Below are positions 46,810-57,021 of a stretch of DNA of 64,000 nt, piece after piece. The translations under genes were made by a program, and so were the position numbers. How positions within the stretch are numbered: position 1 is the stretch's first letter; the number at the start of each line of letters is the position of its first letter. Location of the stretch: assembly GCA_026396675.1 (NCBI GenBank), contig JAPLWI010000014.1, positions 376 through 64,375 on the forward strand, read 5' to 3'. The DNA is from Candidatus Kaiserbacteria bacterium (lineage in GTDB: Bacteria; Patescibacteriota; Minisyncoccia; Phycocordibacterales; Phycocordibacteraceae). The notes under the pieces are model-generated. The model ran no database searches. It saw only the letters and a program-made list of their open reading frames with translations, and was not told the DNA's origin.

Positions 46810-46834
46810 TTATAACCAGTGCATGATATCATTG

Positions 46835-47020
46835 CTCTAGAATCTGCACCTTGGCTAATCCAATTCTTTTACGAGAAACAAGATGCCTAAGTCCGCATCT
46901 CTCAGTGCTAGAGATGATAAATGGATGGTGACACGAAATCCGTAAAACACATTTGGAGTAGCAACCACCACTTTTAAAAAGTGGGGCTTGTTGCGTTGCA
47001 AAAGCTGCGGGTTCAAAGAG
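46835..47020 (+). ncRNA. ~185-nt structured ncRNA candidate (6S-like rod)
   Basis: Upstream TTGTGA-17 nt-TATCAT promoter; nested pairings GAATCTGCA/TGCGGGTTC, GCTAATCCA/TGGAGTAGC, TTTTACG/CGTAAAA and CATCTCT/AGAGATG around a central bubble. Confidence 0.55.
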
Positions 47021-47045
47021 TTATTAATTAACCCGTTACTCTCTT

Positions 47046-48107
47046 ATGTCAGTACTCACTATAGGTATTCTAGTTATCGTTCTTCTCATTATTCAGGGCA
47101 TCGGTCTCTATTTCATCCTTCTTCGTCGGCGAGAAGCGCCGCAGGAAAGCGGGGGAATGATTCTTCTCCAACAGCAATTGCAAAATCTTGAAAAGACGCT
47201 TGATGCTCGCGTTTCTGAATCGTCGCGCGCGATGCAGGAGAATTCTCATCGGCAGTTTTCAGAATCGTCGCGACTCATTAAGGAAATCACCACAGAACTC
47301 ACGTCAGTAAAAGAGATTGGTAGGCAGACGCAGACATACGCCGAACAACTTCAATCGCTTCAGGACCTGCTGAAGAATCCAAAACAGCGCGGCATTCTCG
47401 GCGAGTATTATTTGGAGACGGTATTGCGAAATGTGATGTCACCGGACGATTATCGAATCCAATACGCTTTCAAAAATGGCGAAATAGTAGACGCAGTCAT
47501 AGTCATTAATAAAAAGCTGGTTCCCGTTGATTCAAAATTCTCGCTTGATAATTACAACCGTTTCGTGAGTACGCAAGTGGGAACGCCGGAACGTGCAGCC
47601 GCGGAGAAGGCCTTCGTAAACGATCTGAAACTACGCATTACCGAGACCGCGAAATATATCCGACCAGAAGAAGACACAATGGATTTCGCATTTATGTTCA
47701 TCCCGTCTGAAGGTATCTATTATGATCTCCTGACCAACCAAATTGGAGGCAGTGCCGAAGAAGAGAATCTGATCCAGCGCGCGGCGAGCAAGTATAAAGT
47801 CATTATTGTTTCGCCGACATCGTTCCTCGCATATCTCCAAACAGTGATGCAGGGATTAAAAGCCCTTCAGATAGAAAAGAAAGCAGTTGATATACAGAAG
47901 CGGGTTGGAGAGCTCGGGAAGCATATCGGCGCGTATGAAGAATTTTATAAAAAGCTCGGTACTTCGCTCGGCACTTCAATAAGCCATTACAACGCGGGTT
48001 ATAAAGAACTCGGAAAGATAGATAAAGATGTGTACCGTATCGCGGAAAGTAAAATCGGTATCGAGCCGGAACTTCTAGATAAGCCAATGGAGGGTATTGA
48101 CAATTAG
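47046..48107 (+). CDS. rmuC: DNA recombination protein RmuC
   Basis: TM helix, coiled coil, KQRG.LGE, VDSKF, MFIPSE and SPTS. Confidence 0.92.
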   Translation: MSVLTIGILVIVLLIIQGIGLYFILLRRREAPQESGGMILLQQQLQNLEKTLDARVSESSRAMQENSHRQFSESSRLIKEITTELTSVKEIGRQTQTYAEQLQSLQDLLKNPKQRGILGEYYLETVLRNVMSPDDYRIQYAFKNGEIVDAVIVINKKLVPVDSKFSLDNYNRFVSTQVGTPERAAAEKAFVNDLKLRITETAKYIRPEEDTMDFAFMFIPSEGIYYDLLTNQIGGSAEEENLIQRAASKYKVIIVSPTSFLAYLQTVMQGLKALQIEKKAVDIQKRVGELGKHIGAYEEFYKKLGTSLGTSISHYNAGYKELGKIDKDVYRIAESKIGIEPELLDKPMEGIDN

Positions 48108-48161
48108 ACGCATATATGATATCCTCCTTTTAGATAGGAGTACAAAAATTTTGGAGGTGCA

Positions 48162-48359
48162 GTGATGAAAAAGATGAATATTGTTAGTTTGTTTGCAGTA
48201 TTGGCTGTAACGGTGTCGTTGCTCCTGGGATGCAATAAATCCGGCTCTTTGCCTCAAAATCGGATTGACTTGCAAGAGTCGAATCAAAAGAGCGAGACAT
48301 TGATCCGAGAGCTTGATGTCTCAACACAGGAGCTGCAGAAAGCAGAAGCCGCGCATTAA
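48162..48359 (+). CDS. Small orphan lipoprotein
   Basis: Lipobox LLLGC; TTGACA at 48097, a GGAGG SD and a terminator hairpin over the stop. Confidence 0.6.
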   Translation: MMKKMNIVSLFAVLAVTVSLLLGCNKSGSLPQNRIDLQESNQKSETLIRELDVSTQELQKAEAAH

Positions 48360-48407
48360 AATTGCGCGGCTTGTCTTTTATATAGAACAATGCTAGATTA
48401 AGACCAC

Positions 48408-48725
48408 ATGGAAGTGGCCGTAATCAAGACCGGTGGGAAGCAGTATGTCGTCTCTAAGGGCGACACAATTGCGATTGAGAAACTCCCGGGGGATTTGAAA
48501 AAAGGTGACACGATTGTTTTTGACGAGGTGCTCCTCGTTGACAACGGCTCGGACACGACCATCGGCGCGCCGACAATTAAGGGCGCGGAGGTCAAGGGCA
48601 CCGTTGTTCTCGCCGGAAAAGCAAAGAAAATTGAGGTGGTGAAGTATAAGCCGAAAAGCCGCTACTACAAGCGCAATGGCCACCGCCAACCGGTCCTCAA
48701 AGTAAAAATCGACAGTATTAGCTAA
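48408..48725 (+). CDS. rplU: 50S ribosomal protein L21
   Basis: AVIKTGGKQY and GHRQ. Confidence 0.96.
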   Translation: MEVAVIKTGGKQYVVSKGDTIAIEKLPGDLKKGDTIVFDEVLLVDNGSDTTIGAPTIKGAEVKGTVVLAGKAKKIEVVKYKPKSRYYKRNGHRQPVLKVKIDSIS

Positions 48726-48736
48726 CTTATATCTAC

Positions 48737-50047
48737 ATGCAAATAGGGCGTTGGAATCACCAGTCTACTGGTTCGTCCGGTAGTCATTCAAAATATTCAA
48801 AAAACCCGCGGAGCGGAAGTTTTCATAATACTCGTCCAACAGGGAATCGATTTCCCGCGAGTCGTTCATACGGACGTCCACCTTCGCAAAATAAATTCCC
48901 ACCTCGGCGAGGTAAAAGTTTCGGTTCTTTCGGCAACACCGAAGCCGAAATTTCGAAGTTTATGAACAGAGCAGTCGTTACGACCGAAGAACCGGTCTTC
49001 GTTCCTGAACACACATTTTCCGATTTTGACATCAATGAACATTTGAAGAAAAATATTCTTGCACGGAAATACGAATCACCAACGCCTATTCAGGACAAAA
49101 TTATTCCGCACGTCTTACTCGGTCAGGATGTTGTAGGACTCGCAGAGACGGGAACCGGCAAGACCGCTGCGTTTCTTATTCCGCTAATTGATAAGGTGAT
49201 GAAGCAAAAGGGCGAACGCATTTTAATCATGGCACCGACTCGAGAACTCGCGGTGCAGACCGAAAAAGAGCTCGCCGGTTTTGCACGTGGCCTCGGCTTC
49301 CGCGGAATGGTCGCGGTAGGAGGTACTAATATCGGTCCGCAAATATCAGCGCTTCGACACACCCCAGCGTTTGTTATCGGAACTCCCGGACGGCTGAAGG
49401 ACTTGATGGAACGAAAGGCACTCGATCTTTCTGGCTTCGGCACGGTTGTTCTGGATGAAGCGGATCGCATGCTAGACATGGGATTCATTGATGACATGCG
49501 TTTTATTTTAGGGAAGATGCAGAAAGAGCGACACATGCTGTTTTTCTCTGCAACGATATCCAAAGATATTGAACGACTTATCGGTGACTTCCTCTCGAGT
49601 CCTGTTGTTATTTCAGTAAAAACGCGAGACACAGCTCGAAACATTGATCAAGATGTCATCCGCATTCCGCGTGGGAAGGATAAATTTGAGGTGCTTGCAG
49701 AACTTTTTAAAGATCGTAATTTCGACAAAGTGCTCATCTTCGGTCGCACAAAGTATGGTGTTGAAAAACTCGCGAAAGATTTATCGCGACGCCATATTCA
49801 CGCCGAATCAATCCACGGGAACAAAACGTTTAACGCTCGTATACGGGCACTAGAGGCCTTTAAAACAGGAAAGGTGACAGCGCTCGTCGCAACCGATGTT
49901 GCCGCGCGCGGACTTGATATCCCAGCGGTCTCGCATGTAATCAACTACGACCTCCCGTCAACCTACGAGGATTACATCCATCGTGTTGGTCGCACCGGTC
50001 GCGCAGACCTAAAGGGTAAAGCCCTCACTTTCGTCCAAGGCCGCTAA
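48737..50047 (+). CDS. DEAD-box RNA helicase
   Basis: PTPIQ, TGTGKT, PTRELA, TPGR, DEAD, SAT, ARGLD and HRVGRTGR. Confidence 0.95.
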   Translation: MQIGRWNHQSTGSSGSHSKYSKNPRSGSFHNTRPTGNRFPASRSYGRPPSQNKFPPRRGKSFGSFGNTEAEISKFMNRAVVTTEEPVFVPEHTFSDFDINEHLKKNILARKYESPTPIQDKIIPHVLLGQDVVGLAETGTGKTAAFLIPLIDKVMKQKGERILIMAPTRELAVQTEKELAGFARGLGFRGMVAVGGTNIGPQISALRHTPAFVIGTPGRLKDLMERKALDLSGFGTVVLDEADRMLDMGFIDDMRFILGKMQKERHMLFFSATISKDIERLIGDFLSSPVVISVKTRDTARNIDQDVIRIPRGKDKFEVLAELFKDRNFDKVLIFGRTKYGVEKLAKDLSRRHIHAESIHGNKTFNARIRALEAFKTGKVTALVATDVAARGLDIPAVSHVINYDLPSTYEDYIHRVGRTGRADLKGKALTFVQGR

Positions 50048-50646
50048 AATTCTTTGCGATTCGTGAGGGCGGCGCGGAGGGTTTCGGCGTCGGAATATTC
50101 AAGTTCGCTGCCGGTCGCGAGGCCGCGGCCGAGTTCCGAAATTTTTACATTATCACGCCATGGCGCGAGCAATTTTCGCACATGGTCACTCGTATGTTCG
50201 CCTTCACTCGTTGCCGACAGTGCGAGAACAATTTCTTTCAATCCGTTCTTTAGGCGTTTTTCAATTATTTTCAATAACTCTTTTTCTCGAATAGCGCCTT
50301 TACCAGAGAGCGTTAATACACCGCCGAGGACAAAATATCGTCCACGATACGAACTGGCGCGTTCCACCGCGGCGAGATCCTGATCTCTTTCAACTAGCAT
50401 CAATTGTGAATCATCGCGCGTTTTATCGGAGCAGTAATTGCAGAATGCTGTTGTTCCACCATTATGAAAACGCAAACATTCGGGACATTGCCGAACGTTT
50501 TTGCCTAGTGACGCAATAAGTTCTGCGAGTTTTGCTCGCTCAGCTGCAGAAACAGCGAGAAGGTAAAAAACAAATCGCTTACCTTGCCGGGGACCAATCC
50601 CTGGGAAGCGGGCTAGTGCAGTTGCGAGTTCGTCAATGTGGTCCAT
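50044..50646 (-). CDS. recR: Recombination protein RecR
   Basis: PGIG HhH, a C4 zinc finger and Toprim motifs (EGE.T, ELEY.D). Confidence 0.93.
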   Translation of the reverse strand: MDHIDELATALARFPGIGPRQGKRFVFYLLAVSAAERAKLAELIASLGKNVRQCPECLRFHNGGTTAFCNYCSDKTRDDSQLMLVERDQDLAAVERASSYRGRYFVLGGVLTLSGKGAIREKELLKIIEKRLKNGLKEIVLALSATSEGEHTSDHVRKLLAPWRDNVKISELGRGLATGSELEYSDAETLRAALTNRKEF

Positions 50647-52001
50647 TAAAGTTCCGCGGCAAGTTCGCCATATCCAGCAGTATCAATCGGCTGAAAAGTC
50701 GCTCGCTTTTCGTCGAAGTAGAGTTCGGTTTTTCCAGTCGGACCATTGCGGTGCTTCTCAATAAGAATTTCTGCGATGTTCGGGCGATCGCTTTCAGGAT
50801 TGCGTTTATCTTCACGGTGAATGAACATCACCACGTCCGCATCTTGTTCAATCGAACCAGAGTCGCGCAAGTCGGAGAGACGCGGTTTCCCGCCGCGCTG
50901 TTCAACCGCACGCGAAAGTTGCGAGAGTGCGATAACCGGTACTTTAAGTTCACGCGCAAGCGACTTCAATGAGCGGGAAATTTCAGTTACTTGTTGAACG
51001 AGCGAATCAGATGTTTTTGTTGAGGTTGGAGCCATTAATTGGAGATAATCAACGATAATAAGCCCGATTCCATGTTCACGTTTTAGCCGCCGCGCGACGG
51101 CGCGCATCGCAAGAATATTGTTGCCCGGCTTGTCATCAATGAAAATGGGGGCTTTTGAAAGTGACTCAAGCGCGTCGCGAATACGATTGAAATCCTCTTT
51201 TTCTTTTACTTGGCCTGTTCGTAGTTTCCACGAATTGACGAACGACTCCGCAGCGAGCATACGATCGATAAGTTGTTCCGAGCTCATTTCAAGCGAAAAA
51301 ATACCAACAGGAACATTGTGACGTACCGCCGCATTCCGCGCGATATCGAGCGCGAGCGATGTTTTGCCCATCGAAGGTCGTGCGGCGATGATAACGAGGT
51401 CAGATGGATGAAAGCCCGAGAGAAGGATGTCGAGATCGTGGAAGCCAGATGGTACACCGCGAATGCCACCTTCTTTTTTAGAAAGGGCCTCAATACGATC
51501 CCATGCCTCGTGAATCTTATCGCCAATTGCGATGAATTTATGTGCAGATGATGTGTCACCAATAGCATAGATATTTTTCTCGGCCTCATCGAGCACTTCC
51601 ATCGTGTCGCGTGCCTCATCATATGCGGCCTCAGTTATGTTGTATGCGGCATCAATGAGAGATCGCATAACGGACTTACGCGAGACAAGTTCCGCATAAT
51701 GAGAAAAATTACCCGGAGCTGGCGCCGAACCAGCGAGTTCAGCTAAATAACTTCGTCCACCTGCATGTTCAAGCGTTCCTTGGTCTTGCATTCTCTGTGA
51801 GAGAGAAAGAAGATCAATCGGCTCACCGCGCTGTGCGAGCTCGCTCATCACACCAAAAATTTGCCGATGTTTCTCCGCATAAAATGAATGCGGGTTAATT
51901 AAATCTGAGACATCGTGAATTGCATCAGGCCTAAGAAGCAAGGCGCCAAGAAGAGCGCGCTCGGACTCGAGTGATTGTGGTGGAACGCGATCGGTAGCCA
52001 T
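50646..52001 (-). CDS. dnaB: Replicative DNA helicase
   Basis: ARPSMGKT, FSLEM, DYLQL, SQLSR, LRDSGSIEQDAD and KHRNGP. Confidence 0.97.
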   Translation of the reverse strand: MATDRVPPQSLESERALLGALLLRPDAIHDVSDLINPHSFYAEKHRQIFGVMSELAQRGEPIDLLSLSQRMQDQGTLEHAGGRSYLAELAGSAPAPGNFSHYAELVSRKSVMRSLIDAAYNITEAAYDEARDTMEVLDEAEKNIYAIGDTSSAHKFIAIGDKIHEAWDRIEALSKKEGGIRGVPSGFHDLDILLSGFHPSDLVIIAARPSMGKTSLALDIARNAAVRHNVPVGIFSLEMSSEQLIDRMLAAESFVNSWKLRTGQVKEKEDFNRIRDALESLSKAPIFIDDKPGNNILAMRAVARRLKREHGIGLIIVDYLQLMAPTSTKTSDSLVQQVTEISRSLKSLARELKVPVIALSQLSRAVEQRGGKPRLSDLRDSGSIEQDADVVMFIHREDKRNPESDRPNIAEILIEKHRNGPTGKTELYFDEKRATFQPIDTAGYGELAAEL

Positions 52002-52015
52002 TATCGCCAATTGTA

Positions 52016-53476
52016 TCAAAGAGTCGTCCGAGTCAACACTGGCCCATTCAGACCGTCATCCACATGATATCCACTGCGCTCAATGTCGCCACGTAGGCGG
52101 TCTGCCTCTTTAAAATCCTTGGAAATACGCGCCGCTTCGCGGTGCGCGAGCATTTCTTTAATTTCCATTGGTATATCGGCTTCTTCCACTGTACCCACTT
52201 GTGGTGGGGAAAGAAGCGAGAGCCCAAGATGGGCATCGGCATCTTCAATGAGAAGCATTTTTTCTTCCGGCGTGTATTCTTCGCTTTTAAGAGAATCCCA
52301 AAGAATGCCGAGCGCCTGCGGAGTCCCCAGATCATCTCGTATCGCGGCGAGAAAACGATTATGCGCTTCAGATGATTCGCATTTTAATTTTGATTCTTTC
52401 GCAATTTCATTTGAAATTTTCCAGAGCCGATCGAGTGCGTTTCCGGCACTTGCGAGTGCGTCAAAAGAAAAGGAGAGGGGAGTGCGATATTGCGCCTGTA
52501 GGAAAAAATATCGTAACGAGAGAGGATGAAATCCTTTCGCAACAATATCCGAGAGATACACTGTATTGCCAAGCGACTTTGATGTCTTCTCTCCGTTCAT
52601 AGTGAGAAATGCACTGTGCATCCAGTAATGAACGAATGTTCTGCCACTCGCCGCCTCTGATTGTGCGATTTCGTTGTTGTGATGCACAGCGATGTGATCT
52701 TCGCCACCGGTGTGAATATCAATTTCTTGTCCGAGCATGGAGCGCGCCATAGCAGAACACTCAATATGCCAGCCGGGATTGCCGCGGCCCCATGGGCTAT
52801 TCCATTGTTGTAGATCGTTCGGTTTCGCATTTCTCCAGAGTACAAAATCAGCGGAATGTCGTTTCCCTTTGACGACTTCAACGCGTGCGCCTGCTTCCAT
52901 ACGTACTCCGGAAAGTCCTCCGAGTTTCCCGTAGCCAGGGAATTTTTGTGTATCAAAATAAAGACCATCGGCGAGACGGTATGCAAAACCCTTTTCTTCA
53001 AGCGTTTTGGCGAGCGCGATCTGCTCTTGTATGTAATCAGTTGCACGCGGGAAGCGAATATCATCCGTATCTACATTTAATTCACGCAAGTCATCAATAA
53101 AAAGTTTCGTATAGCGTTCCGCAATTGCTAGAGGCGTTGTATTTTCGCGCGAAGCGCCTAGCGCCATTTTATCGACGCCTTCATCACCATCGCCAACTAG
53201 ATGGCTTACATCGGTAATGTTAATGACGCGTTGGACGTGATAGCCAGCTTCGTGAAGGACGCGGACGAGAATGTCCGAAAAAACATATGCGCGCAAATTG
53301 CCTATATGCGCTCGATCATAAACGGTCGGTCCGCAGGAATAAAGAAGTACAATTCTAGGTTTCTGTGATACGAAAAGTTCTTTGTTGCCCGAAAGCGTGT
53401 TTGAGAGAAACACTTGCGGTAAACGATGATGCTCGGTGCCGTTCCGTTTTTTAAATAAATTTGAAAACCAATTCAT
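52016..53476 (-). CDS. cysS: Cysteine--tRNA ligase
   Basis: CGPTVY, HIGN, PGWHIECS, HTGG and KTSKS. Confidence 0.96.
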   Translation of the reverse strand: MNWFSNLFKKRNGTEHHRLPQVFLSNTLSGNKELFVSQKPRIVLLYSCGPTVYDRAHIGNLRAYVFSDILVRVLHEAGYHVQRVINITDVSHLVGDGDEGVDKMALGASRENTTPLAIAERYTKLFIDDLRELNVDTDDIRFPRATDYIQEQIALAKTLEEKGFAYRLADGLYFDTQKFPGYGKLGGLSGVRMEAGARVEVVKGKRHSADFVLWRNAKPNDLQQWNSPWGRGNPGWHIECSAMARSMLGQEIDIHTGGEDHIAVHHNNEIAQSEAASGRTFVHYWMHSAFLTMNGEKTSKSLGNTVYLSDIVAKGFHPLSLRYFFLQAQYRTPLSFSFDALASAGNALDRLWKISNEIAKESKLKCESSEAHNRFLAAIRDDLGTPQALGILWDSLKSEEYTPEEKMLLIEDADAHLGLSLLSPPQVGTVEEADIPMEIKEMLAHREAARISKDFKEADRLRGDIERSGYHVDDGLNGPVLTRTTL

Positions 53477-53480
53477 ATGA

Positions 53481-54401
53481 TTAGAAAATCCAGCGTTTCC
53501 TTGCAAGAAAGAATGTTATCAGCATACCAATCGCGAACATGCTACCAGTGATAATCCAAAAAGCGTTCGGGTTCTGCTCAAGCGGCGTACCGAGCACTCT
53601 CATGCCGAACACAAATGTAATGAGCTCAAGAGGGAGAAAGATGAATGTAATAACAGTAAGTGTTTTCATAATTTCATTTTGACGTGCCTCAAGGAGTGCG
53701 GTGTTGGTTTCGCGCATCTCGGTCGCGACTGCGCGATGTGTCTTCACTAACCGCATAACCTGTGCACGTTCCGCAAGAATGCGTTCCGACCTTTCACCAA
53801 AAGAAACATCAAAGAAATCACGGAGCGTATGTGCCTTCAAGAAGCGGCTCAGCGGTTCTTCTTGGTTTGCGAGCTCGGCTTCCAGATGCAAGAACGCACG
53901 ACTGATATTTGAAATAGCACGCACAGTCTTGCGTTCACGACCATCGAACATATCTCGCTCTATGTGCTCCAAATAATCAGTAATATGATTTGTATGATCG
54001 CGTACTGAAGAGTAAAGATGAGCAAAGAGAACCTCAAGCAGAACATCGGTAGTGATTGACTCATGTCCGGTGACAAGATTCCGCGTTTCAAAAAGTTTTT
54101 TCAGGTGATGCAATGGAGCGATAACTTCATACCGCACCGTCACTATGAAATGCTGTCCGACGATGAAATCAATCTCTTGATTCTCTGTATCACCGTCCTC
54201 AGCACCTTGCGTTGGAAAGTGCAGTTCAAGAAGCGCATGACTATCACCGTCTATAACAAGTGGTATTGGGGTAGGGGAGAGCATCTCTTTTTCGATTCTC
54301 TCGCTAATCGAGAACTCCTTTACGATTTCTCGTACTTCCTCCTCGGTCGGCCGTTCGAGGTCAACCCACACGCCATCTTGATACTCATAGCGAAATATCA
54401 T
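53481..54401 (-). CDS. CorA-family cation transporter
   Basis: WVDL..P, NEIMKTLT and two C-terminal TM helices; GMR in place of the canonical GMN. Confidence 0.85.
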   Translation of the reverse strand: MIFRYEYQDGVWVDLERPTEEEVREIVKEFSISERIEKEMLSPTPIPLVIDGDSHALLELHFPTQGAEDGDTENQEIDFIVGQHFIVTVRYEVIAPLHHLKKLFETRNLVTGHESITTDVLLEVLFAHLYSSVRDHTNHITDYLEHIERDMFDGRERKTVRAISNISRAFLHLEAELANQEEPLSRFLKAHTLRDFFDVSFGERSERILAERAQVMRLVKTHRAVATEMRETNTALLEARQNEIMKTLTVITFIFLPLELITFVFGMRVLGTPLEQNPNAFWIITGSMFAIGMLITFFLARKRWIF

Positions 54402-54459
54402 GAATCTAGAATACCATACTCGACAGTACGATGATGCATCGCATGATATACTCTGCGAG

Positions 54460-55719
54460 ATGGAGATTTTTGGAAATAATAACCGCAGGCGCAGGATTGT
54501 GACACGAGGCGTTTCGTTCGCGCTGGTCGCCGCAATTGCGTTCAGCGCCGGTATTTTTGTCGGTAACAGCGGTTCAGTTGCCGCTGTCGTTTCTCACATC
54601 CCACTCATTGGAGACGGCCTTGATGCTACTCCGGACCAAAGCGCGGACCTCACTGATTTTTGGAAGGCATGGAACGCGCTTGATGCTAACTATGTTGCTA
54701 CTCACGCCTCGTCGACACTTCCATCAACCAAAGACCGTATATTCGGTGCCATTTCCGGTCTCGCTACCTCATATGGCGATCCGTATACCGTGTTCTTTCC
54801 ACCGAAAGAAGCGAAGGCCTTTGCCGACAGCATTTCAGGGAGTTTTGCTGGCGTTGGTATGGAAATTGACATAAAGAATGGGGTTCTGACCGTTATCGCG
54901 CCCCTGAAAGGAACTCCTGCAGAGAAAGCCGGAATTAAAGTGGGCGATCAAATTATTACCATCGACGGGAAGTCAACCGACGGCCTCGCAGTTGATGAAG
55001 CAGTGAGCAAGATTCGCGGATCAGTAGGCACGACTGTCAACCTCACCATTATTCGCAGTGGCAAAGCGCTTGATGTCAAGATTGTCCGCGATACGATTCA
55101 AGTGCCTGAAACCGATGATGGGTTTGATGCAACGAGTGGTGTGTATCACATTGCTCTTTATGAATTCACTTCAAATTCCGCAAATCTTTTTGATGATGCA
55201 TTTTCGCGATTTAAAGTGTCTGGTTCGAAAAAACTCATCATCGATCTGCGCGGCGACCCTGGCGGTTACCTTGATTCGGCAGTTGATATCGCGAGCCATT
55301 TTCTCCAGAAGGGCGCGACGGTAGTGACCGAGGATTCTGATGGGAAAGCGGATAGCATCGTGCATACGAGTATTGGCTACAACGATCTGCCAGCAGGAAC
55401 GAAAGTCGTGGTTCTTATCGACGGTGGTTCTGCTTCGGCATCAGAGATTTTCGCGGGCGCTTTACAAGATACACACACGGCAACCCTCATCGGCACAAAG
55501 TCATTTGGTAAGGGCTCTGTGCAATCACTAACGGATCTTGACGGAGGGTCACTTAAAATTACCATTGCGCGCTGGATAACACCTGCTGGACACTGGATTA
55601 TGGGCAATGGCATCACTCCAGATATCACGGTGCCGTATGCAGCCGAAGGTGCAACCACCACTCCTAAAGTAGATCCACAAATGGCGCGCGCCGTGCAGTT
55701 CCTTACAAAAGGGAAGTAG
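54460..55719 (+). CDS. S41 C-terminal processing peptidase with PDZ domain
   Basis: DPYT, PDZ, DLRGDPGG, SASASE and FGKG. Confidence 0.92.
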   Translation: MEIFGNNNRRRRIVTRGVSFALVAAIAFSAGIFVGNSGSVAAVVSHIPLIGDGLDATPDQSADLTDFWKAWNALDANYVATHASSTLPSTKDRIFGAISGLATSYGDPYTVFFPPKEAKAFADSISGSFAGVGMEIDIKNGVLTVIAPLKGTPAEKAGIKVGDQIITIDGKSTDGLAVDEAVSKIRGSVGTTVNLTIIRSGKALDVKIVRDTIQVPETDDGFDATSGVYHIALYEFTSNSANLFDDAFSRFKVSGSKKLIIDLRGDPGGYLDSAVDIASHFLQKGATVVTEDSDGKADSIVHTSIGYNDLPAGTKVVVLIDGGSASASEIFAGALQDTHTATLIGTKSFGKGSVQSLTDLDGGSLKITIARWITPAGHWIMGNGITPDITVPYAAEGATTTPKVDPQMARAVQFLTKGK

Positions 55720-55810
55720 ACATACTGTAAATCGTGTGATAAGATGATTTCAGAATAGTTTGACACGAAAGTGTCTTTTAAAATCCTAAAGAAAAGGAAG
55801 GAGTGGTACG

Positions 55811-56383
55811 ATGAAGAAAAGAATCCGTTATGGAAACGAGGTGCTGAAGTCGATTAAAGCTGGACTTCCAGGACTCTACAAACAGCACGTTAAGGGAAGG
55901 ACGGTTCAGTTCATTGAAGAACACAGGCCAACTAGATCCGATGATTGCTTAAATGGAAGAAAGGTCGGCCGTGTCAGAAAGGATCTCAAGTTGTTGTGGG
56001 CATTAGGCGAATTGTTCCGTAGACAGTATTCAGATTTTGTTGCTTCTTCTCATCGCGAAGTGAAGAAAGAGGAGATTCAAGACCCACAAAAAGTGTACGT
56101 AGAAATGCAGTACATGGCGATCTTTTCTTTGCACATTTTGTGTAACGCGCTGTTTTGGTCGGAAATCTTTGCTCGCTTTTGTGCGCTTCCCAAGAGCAGC
56201 TTCATTTCCACACAAACCGACTGGTCTATCCTCAATGTTGCGGACGAAGATATGCCAAAAGATTGGACGGAAGAACAAAAACCAGAACGTACAGCGGGTA
56301 AGTTGCTTACTCTCATTGTATTACAGATAGATATAATCAATTTCGCTGCATACGCGAATAGAGTAGTAGAAGAAAAAAGATGA
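55811..56383 (+). CDS. Orphan hypothetical protein
   Basis: TAGACA/TAAGAT promoter, a GGAG SD and a downstream terminator. Confidence 0.6.
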   Translation: MKKRIRYGNEVLKSIKAGLPGLYKQHVKGRTVQFIEEHRPTRSDDCLNGRKVGRVRKDLKLLWALGELFRRQYSDFVASSHREVKKEEIQDPQKVYVEMQYMAIFSLHILCNALFWSEIFARFCALPKSSFISTQTDWSILNVADEDMPKDWTEEQKPERTAGKLLTLIVLQIDIINFAAYANRVVEEKR

Positions 56384-56392
56384 GAAGTACCA

Positions 56393-56424
56393 GAAGGCAC
56401 CATGACACGGTGCCTTTGTTTTTT
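56393..56424 (+). terminator. Intrinsic terminator
   Basis: AAGGCACC...GGTGCCTT followed by TGTTTTTT. Confidence 0.7.
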
Positions 56425-56550
56425 GCCTTGCGGGAGCGCGTGCCGTGCAGTTTCTCACGACAGGGAAGTAGAACTTGACGAGAAAGTTATTATCTGTTAA
56501 TAATAATACTGGACATTGTACATAAAATCTTTAGGAAAAGGAGGCATACT

Positions 56551-57018
56551 ATGGGTTTAAAGTTGGTTGTTGTTGTACGGCACGGAGAGGATCAAAAAAA
56601 TTCACTGACTCAGCGCGGTGAAGAACAGGTCTCAAAACTCGCAGAAGCGATAAAGACGAGGATTAACGGTTTCAGTAAAATAGCGATCCTTACCTCGCCT
56701 GTGAGACGCGCTACACAGACATCCAAAATTATTGGGCAAAAGATTGGCGTCAATCCTACCGAATGCAAAGAGTTGTGGTGGGATAAAAGCGAAGATGGCA
56801 AAATGCAAATGGAGGCGATCTGTGAAGCTGCAGGGAACTCCGATGTCGTCGTGGCAATCACGCATTTCGAGGCACATATAGGCATCGTAAGCGCCTTTCA
56901 CGAGAAGTTTTTCGGGGAAGAATTGTGGTGCCGGCGAGTCAGAGAGGGCCAAGGGATAGCTCTTTCGTTGTCAAGACCCGGCGCAGTTGATTACTTGCCG
57001 CGACCGCGCGAATTGTAG
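56551..57018 (+). CDS. Histidine phosphatase family protein (SixA-like)
   Basis: RHGE, LTQRG..Q, SP..RA.QT and ITH. Confidence 0.85.
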   Translation: MGLKLVVVVRHGEDQKNSLTQRGEEQVSKLAEAIKTRINGFSKIAILTSPVRRATQTSKIIGQKIGVNPTECKELWWDKSEDGKMQMEAICEAAGNSDVVVAITHFEAHIGIVSAFHEKFFGEELWCRRVREGQGIALSLSRPGAVDYLPRPREL

Positions 57019-57021
57019 ACA

